Source: Aquificaceae bacterium
GTDB taxonomy: Bacteria > Aquificota > Aquificia > Aquificales > Aquificaceae
Length of the DNA stretch: 64,000 nt
NCBI GenBank assembly: GCA_037925075.1
Contig: JAXSNR010000001.1
Location: 352,001-416,000, forward strand
Direction: 5' to 3'
Shown here: in pieces, positions 59,888 through 64,000 of the stretch
Layout of the letters: every line of letters starts with the position of its first letter
How positions within the stretch are numbered: position 1 is the stretch's first letter
The notes under the pieces: generated by a model
Seen by the model: only the letters and a program-made list of their open reading frames with translations
Database searches by the model: none
What the model was told of the DNA's origin: nothing
Program-made: the position numbers and the translations under genes

Positions 59888-60453
59888 CTTCCAAGCTCCC
59901 TTTTTACCTCTTCCGCAATCTTTATAAACTTTTCCATCTCCTCTACGTGCTGGTCTCTGAGGGTTATCATGGCATCCTCGTGTCCTGCCATACCGCACAT
60001 GGCTATTGTAAAGCAATCGGTTTCAGCCCTTATTATCTTTAAAGCAACGTTGGCATAATGACAATGAACACCCACAAATATACAAGCCTTTATCTTGTTA
60101 TGCCATATGGTTAGGTTTGGGTGGTTAGGGTTTATCTCAACCGCCGGGTTTATTTTGGGATACTTGGGCCTATAGTCGTACATGGGAATTATCTTTGCAC
60201 CAAGGACTTCCGCCATCTTTTTAACGAGCCTTGCCTTTTCCTTTGCCTCTTCATTCCAAGCGTAGAGTACCTGAGGACCCGGGAATATGGTGGGGTTGTC
60301 TCTTGTGAGCATAGCCTTTGCCGCCTCTTTCATGGCTGTCTCTTCATCCACTATTTCGTTGAACATAAGAGCCTTACCCGGTGGTGGGTTTAAAACACCC
60401 TCATAAACCGCCACAGGATAGGGTGAAAAGCCTGACGGTCCAAGTGTTGCCAT
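59884..60453 (-). CDS. porD: Pyruvate:ferredoxin oxidoreductase delta subunit of the Aquificae five-subunit enzyme
   Basis: Position in the E-D-A-B-G order; NPTIFPGP; YPKINP..EINPNHPNLTIWH; GVHCHYAN. Confidence 0.8.
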   Translation of the reverse strand: MATLGPSGFSPYPVAVYEGVLNPPPGKALMFNEIVDEETAMKEAAKAMLTRDNPTIFPGPQVLYAWNEEAKEKARLVKKMAEVLGAKIIPMYDYRPKYPKINPAVEINPNHPNLTIWHNKIKACIFVGVHCHYANVALKIIRAETDCFTIAMCGMAGHEDAMITLRDQHVEEMEKFIKIAEEVKRELGR

Positions 60454-60464
60454 AATCTACCTCC

Positions 60465-61025
60465 TTAGAAAATTTCTTCCAAGTTTATGCAAAATCCTTC
60501 AAGTATGCTTGAACAAACTTTACCCTTTTCAAAAGCATAAGAGAAGACCTCATACCCACCTTCTTTTAAAACAAGTACTTCCACCACCTTTTCCTCTGGA
60601 AACACAAGCCAGTACTCTTTTATGCCATGCTTAGCATAGAGCTTTCTCTTGTCTTCTGTGTCCTTTTTAAATGTTGAAGGTGAAACCACTTCCACCACAA
60701 GGTCCGGAGAATCAAAGATGCCCCTGTCTTTTGCTATAGATAGTCTGTCCTTTGAAATATACACTATATCAGGCTGGACAATATTCTCATCAGATAGAAC
60801 CACATCCACAGGAGCAAGGTAGAAGTCTCCGCAGTTTGTGGCTTCCTGAAACCTTCTAAAGGCATAGGCAAGATTCCAAATTACCTTTTGATGTTTCAAG
60901 CTTGGTGCTGGCATTTCAAGAAGCTCCCCGTTGATTATTTCATACCTTTTTTCATCCTCAAGCTGTAGGTAGTCTTCATAAGTCCAAGGCTTTTCCTTTA
61001 ATACGATCGCCATACCTTGCCTCAT
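60465..61025 (-). CDS. Uma2 family endonuclease (tandem copy 3)
   Basis: Uma2 motifs as in copy 4; start at 61025 (ATGA overlap) or 61013. Confidence 0.92.
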   Translation of the reverse strand: MRQGMAIVLKEKPWTYEDYLQLEDEKRYEIINGELLEMPAPSLKHQKVIWNLAYAFRRFQEATNCGDFYLAPVDVVLSDENIVQPDIVYISKDRLSIAKDRGIFDSPDLVVEVVSPSTFKKDTEDKRKLYAKHGIKEYWLVFPEEKVVEVLVLKEGGYEVFSYAFEKGKVCSSILEGFCINLEEIF

Positions 61026-61585
61026 GAAAAAACCTCTTCCAAATTTATGCAAAATCCTTCAAGTACGCTTGAACAAACTTTGCCCTTTTCAAAGGCGTAA
61101 GAAAAGACTTCATATTCACCTTCTTTTAAAACAAGTACTTCCACCACCTTTTCCTCTGGGAACACAAGCCAGTACTCTTTTATGCCATGCTTGGCGTAGA
61201 GTTTTCTCTTGTCTTCTGTGTCTTTTTTGAAGGTAGAAGGTGAAACCACTTCCACCACAAGGTCCGGAGAACCAAAGATGCCCCTTTCCTTGAGTATGGA
61301 GTAGTTTTCTTCAAAAACCACCACAAGGTCAGGCTGAAAAACCACATCCTCAGATAAAACCACATCAACCGGTGATATGTAAACTTCACCTCCACGCTGG
61401 CTTTCCATGAAAGTGGATAAAAGTTTATATAGCTTTCCTGCTATTTTTTGATGTTTCAAGCTTGGTGCGGGCATTTCAAGAAGCTCCCCGTTGATTATTT
61501 CGTACCCTTTTTCCTCTTCAAGCTGTAGGTAGTCTTCATAAGTCCAAGGCTTTTCCTTTAATGCGGTTGCCACGCTATGCCTCAT
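61022..61585 (-). CDS. Uma2 family endonuclease (tandem copy 2)
   Basis: Uma2 motifs; ATGA overlap with the copy 1 stop. Confidence 0.92.
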   Translation of the reverse strand: MRHSVATALKEKPWTYEDYLQLEEEKGYEIINGELLEMPAPSLKHQKIAGKLYKLLSTFMESQRGGEVYISPVDVVLSEDVVFQPDLVVVFEENYSILKERGIFGSPDLVVEVVSPSTFKKDTEDKRKLYAKHGIKEYWLVFPEEKVVEVLVLKEGEYEVFSYAFEKGKVCSSVLEGFCINLEEVFS

Positions 61586-62127
61586 GAAAAGACCTCTTCC
61601 AAGTTTATGCAAAAGCCCTCAAGTAGCTTTGAGCAAACTTTGCCCTTCTCAAAGGCGTAAGAAAAGACCTCGTACTCACCTTCTTTTAAAACAAGCACTT
61701 CCACCACCTTTTCCTCTGGAAACACAAGCCAGTACTCTTTTATGCCATGCTTGGCGTAGAGTTTTCTCTTGTCTTCTGTGTCTTTTTTGAAGGTAGAAGG
61801 TGAAACCACTTCCACCACAAGGTCCGGAGAACCAAAGATGCCCCTTTCCTTGAGTATGGAGTAGTTTTCTTCAAAAACCACCACAAGGTCAGGCTGAAAA
61901 ACCACATCCTCATATAAAACCACATCAACCGGTGAAAAATACACCTTGCCAATACCCTTGCCCATAACATGCTGAACAAACATTAGGCTTAGATTTCTCA
62001 AAACTTCCTGATGTTTCAAGCTTGGTGCTGGCATTTCAAGAAGCTCCCCGTTGATTATTTCGTACCTTTTTTCATCCTCAAGCTGTAGATAGTCTTCATA
62101 AGTCCAAGGCTTTTCCTTTACTACCAT
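61582..62127 (-). CDS. Uma2 family endonuclease (tandem copy 1)
   Basis: Uma2 motifs; starts 3 nt after the porE stop. Confidence 0.92.
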   Translation of the reverse strand: MVVKEKPWTYEDYLQLEDEKRYEIINGELLEMPAPSLKHQEVLRNLSLMFVQHVMGKGIGKVYFSPVDVVLYEDVVFQPDLVVVFEENYSILKERGIFGSPDLVVEVVSPSTFKKDTEDKRKLYAKHGIKEYWLVFPEEKVVEVLVLKEGEYEVFSYAFEKGKVCSKLLEGFCINLEEVFS

Positions 62128-62130
62128 ACC

Positions 62131-62361
62131 TTACTTCTCCACATGTACCTCCGGCATGACCATGTGGATTGCATTTCTCTTTAGAAGATTTACGCAAACA
62201 TAAACACATAGAGCACAGCCCTTACACCGCTCCTGAACTACAAAGGCGTGATGCTCCTCATCCGTGTACATTAGGGTGTTAGGCTCGGGGCAGAATAGGG
62301 TACACTGCTTGCAGTTGTACTTGCTACATTCTTCGTTGATTACCTCCGCCACATAGTACAT
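62131..62361 (-). CDS. porE: Ferredoxin-like epsilon subunit of pyruvate:ferredoxin oxidoreductase
   Basis: CSKYNCKQCTLFCP and CKGCALCVYVC 4Fe-4S motifs; first gene of the por cluster. Confidence 0.85.
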   Translation of the reverse strand: MYYVAEVINEECSKYNCKQCTLFCPEPNTLMYTDEEHHAFVVQERCKGCALCVYVCVNLLKRNAIHMVMPEVHVEK

Positions 62362-62454
62362 GCCTTGCCTCCTGAAAAGTTAATATCAGGTGTTTATAAG
62401 TTATAACCCTTGAAGCTTTTGTCAATAGAATTATATTTGTTAAGTCGGATACTT

Positions 62455-63558
62455 ATGAGTGCATACATTCTTTTTATGCTTTTGCTTCTTCATATATCCT
62501 TTGCAGGGGAGGACTGTTCTAAGGAGGAGCTTCTCAGGAGGATGGCCACTCTTATGGAAAGGCATTATCTTTGGTGGGATAAGATAAAGGATACACATTG
62601 GAAGGATGAGCAGGAACTTATAGATAAGCTAAGAAGGATTGGCGACCGCTGGACCTCTATAACAAGGCGAGAGGAAGACAGGCTATGGTATTCAAGCTCA
62701 AAGATGGTGGGTCTGGGGGTGCGATGGGATGACAAGGGTTATGTGGTAAAGGTTTTTCCCGGGTCGCCCGCGGAGAAATATGGTGTCAGGGAGGGAGACC
62801 TGATACTGGCTATAAATGGTGTATATGACAAAAACCAGTGGAGGAAGGCCATAAGGGAAGTAGAAAAAGGGGGAATTATAAGCCTTGAGATAATAAGAGA
62901 TGGGCTATTTACAGAGATAAGGGTGGTAAAGGGTGAATTCTCCGTGCCTGTGATAGAAGAAGTGATGTTAAAGGAGCATGAGGGCAAAAAGACAGCATAC
63001 ATAAAGCTTGCAAACTTTACACAGCCAGCGGTAGAGCAGTTCAGGGAGGCTATGGAAAAATTCAGTGGTGCAGACATACTTATCCTTGACTTAAGGGATA
63101 ACGGTGGCGGATTGATATCCGTAGCCAAAAGCATATTGGATATGCTAATAGGAGGGGAGGGTGTTATGTTCTACCTTGAAGGCAGGGAGGGAAACTTGGG
63201 GGTCTATCAGTTTGCAAGCAAAAGGGGTTTTGACAAACCTATTGTTGTGCTTGTTAATAAAAATACCGCTTCTGCGGCGGAGCTCGTTGCCAGTTTGCTT
63301 AAAAGGTATGCGGGGGCGGTCATAGTGGGAGATAACACTGTGGGTAAGTATGTGGGTAGCAACATGTACCCCCTTGACTCCTGCGGTAGTATGCTAAGGC
63401 TTATCACCTTTGAGATGAGGCTTCCAACTGGTGAGAGGATAACCACCGAAAAGGGTTTAAGTCCAGACTGTAAGTTAGAGGGTAAAAACCCTATAGAACG
63501 TTCCCTTGAATGCCTTTCTGGTCGTTTTCTTGGAGTATCTCCCACAGGACAGCCATAA
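62455..63558 (+). CDS. S41 family C-terminal processing peptidase with PDZ domain
   Basis: Signal peptide; GSPAEKYG..EGD (PDZ); LDLRDNGGG; TASAAE; TVGK. Start position uncertain. Confidence 0.9.
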   Translation: MSAYILFMLLLLHISFAGEDCSKEELLRRMATLMERHYLWWDKIKDTHWKDEQELIDKLRRIGDRWTSITRREEDRLWYSSSKMVGLGVRWDDKGYVVKVFPGSPAEKYGVREGDLILAINGVYDKNQWRKAIREVEKGGIISLEIIRDGLFTEIRVVKGEFSVPVIEEVMLKEHEGKKTAYIKLANFTQPAVEQFREAMEKFSGADILILDLRDNGGGLISVAKSILDMLIGGEGVMFYLEGREGNLGVYQFASKRGFDKPIVVLVNKNTASAAELVASLLKRYAGAVIVGDNTVGKYVGSNMYPLDSCGSMLRLITFEMRLPTGERITTEKGLSPDCKLEGKNPIERSLECLSGRFLGVSPTGQP

Positions 63559-64000
63559 GTTCATCTTTGGTTCTGTTTGTGTTTATGGGTATGGTATAGT
63601 TGGGTGGGACAAACCTCTCCTTTTGCCTAAGGTAAACCTCCACACCCGCATCTGAAACATCCTGCCTTTCTCTTAATCTTCTTATTACCTCCTTTTCTTC
63701 CGCGTAAGCTAACAAAAATATAGCATTCGGGAAACTGTCTTTCACCTTTTGTCTTTGCCACTCTTCAAGAAAGGTGGCATCCAGAACTACCTTTTTGCCC
63801 TTTTGTGCCAGCTCTTTGGCTCTCTTAACCATCTCTTCGTAAACCCTTCTTGTCCATTCCTCCGAGTATATGCCCTCACCGTAGCCCGCTTTAACCCTTT
63901 GAGAGGGCTCAATACCCGCAAGCTCCTTTCTTATAACATCACTTCTGAGCCATTCAAAACCAAACTGTTCATGAAGTATGCGTGCAAGAAAGGACTTACC
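63491..64000 (-). CDS. P-loop kinase/AAA_33 domain protein (likely C-terminus of an APH-kinase fusion); 5'-partial
   Basis: Frame open from the window end: GKSFLA...RSDVIRKEL...VVLDATF...RL.ER..SDA. Confidence 0.8.
   Translation of the reverse strand, partial: GKSFLARILHEQFGFEWLRSDVIRKELAGIEPSQRVKAGYGEGIYSEEWTRRVYEEMVKRAKELAQKGKKVVLDATFLEEWQRQKVKDSFPNAIFLLAYAEEKEVIRRLRERQDVSDAGVEVYLRQKERFVPPNYTIPINTNRTKDELMAVLWEILQENDQKGIQGNVL

Larger units (their letters stand above)
60465..62127. repeat. Tandem repeat, about 3 units of 560 bp, each carrying one Uma2 gene
   Basis: agtccaaggcttttccttta recurs at 60981, 61541 and 62101; ctcatgaaaa recurs at 61021 and 61581. Confidence 0.95.

Noticed and set aside
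59342..62127. Diversity-generating retroelement as the cause of Uma2 variability
   Set aside because: Differences in the cassette affect all bases rather than only adenines, and there is no reverse transcriptase or template repeat in the window.
60465..62127. CRISPR-like repeat-spacer array
   Set aside because: The units are 560-bp protein-coding genes, not 25-45-nt repeats with spacers, and no cas genes are present.
56511..62361. Assignment as 2-oxoglutarate:ferredoxin oxidoreductase (for operon)
   Set aside because: The gene order E-D-A-B-G fits the Hydrogenobacter por cluster better than forDABGE as I recall it; substrate is not provable from sequence alone, so por is preferred but not certain.

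Overview
Gene-dense bacterial chromosomal segment. It is very probably from an Aquificaceae thermophile (Hydrogenobacter/Thermocrinis-like), based on the five-subunit porEDABG cluster, short Aquifex-type MutL, FBP aldolase/phosphatase, BioW, a thioredoxin-like [2Fe-2S] ferredoxin and tRNAs without encoded CCA. Most of the window is housekeeping: purM/Q/S, bamA, thiD, acpS, aroK, bioF/W, flgD/E, lpxA, glmU, aspS, hemB/C, queE, infB, hfq, topA, era, mutL, hisF, tRNA-Lys and tRNA-Gly. Two accessory loci stand out. (1) Four Uma2-family nuclease genes are interleaved in the por operon; three form an exact 560-bp tandem array with near-identical flanks around a length-conserved but completely different 72-nt (24-aa) cassette. 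(2) A ~9-kb cyclic-nucleotide envelope-signalling locus encodes FecR, a CHASE2 adenylate cyclase, an MBL phosphodiesterase, a cNMP-binding protein, a GAF-HD-GYP protein and a surface-anchored protein fused in frame to a TPR/beta-barrel whose C-terminus lies in the -1 frame after an A7 tract; the locus is preceded by a pseudoknot-capable GC-rich element. Also found: a fragmented OmpA-domain pseudogene, an unannotated 58-aa ORF, candidate CRP/FNR class II sites, and many leaderless/bidirectional -10 promoters. No CRISPR array, integrase or transposase was seen. All calls come from reading the sequence and motifs; no database searches were run.
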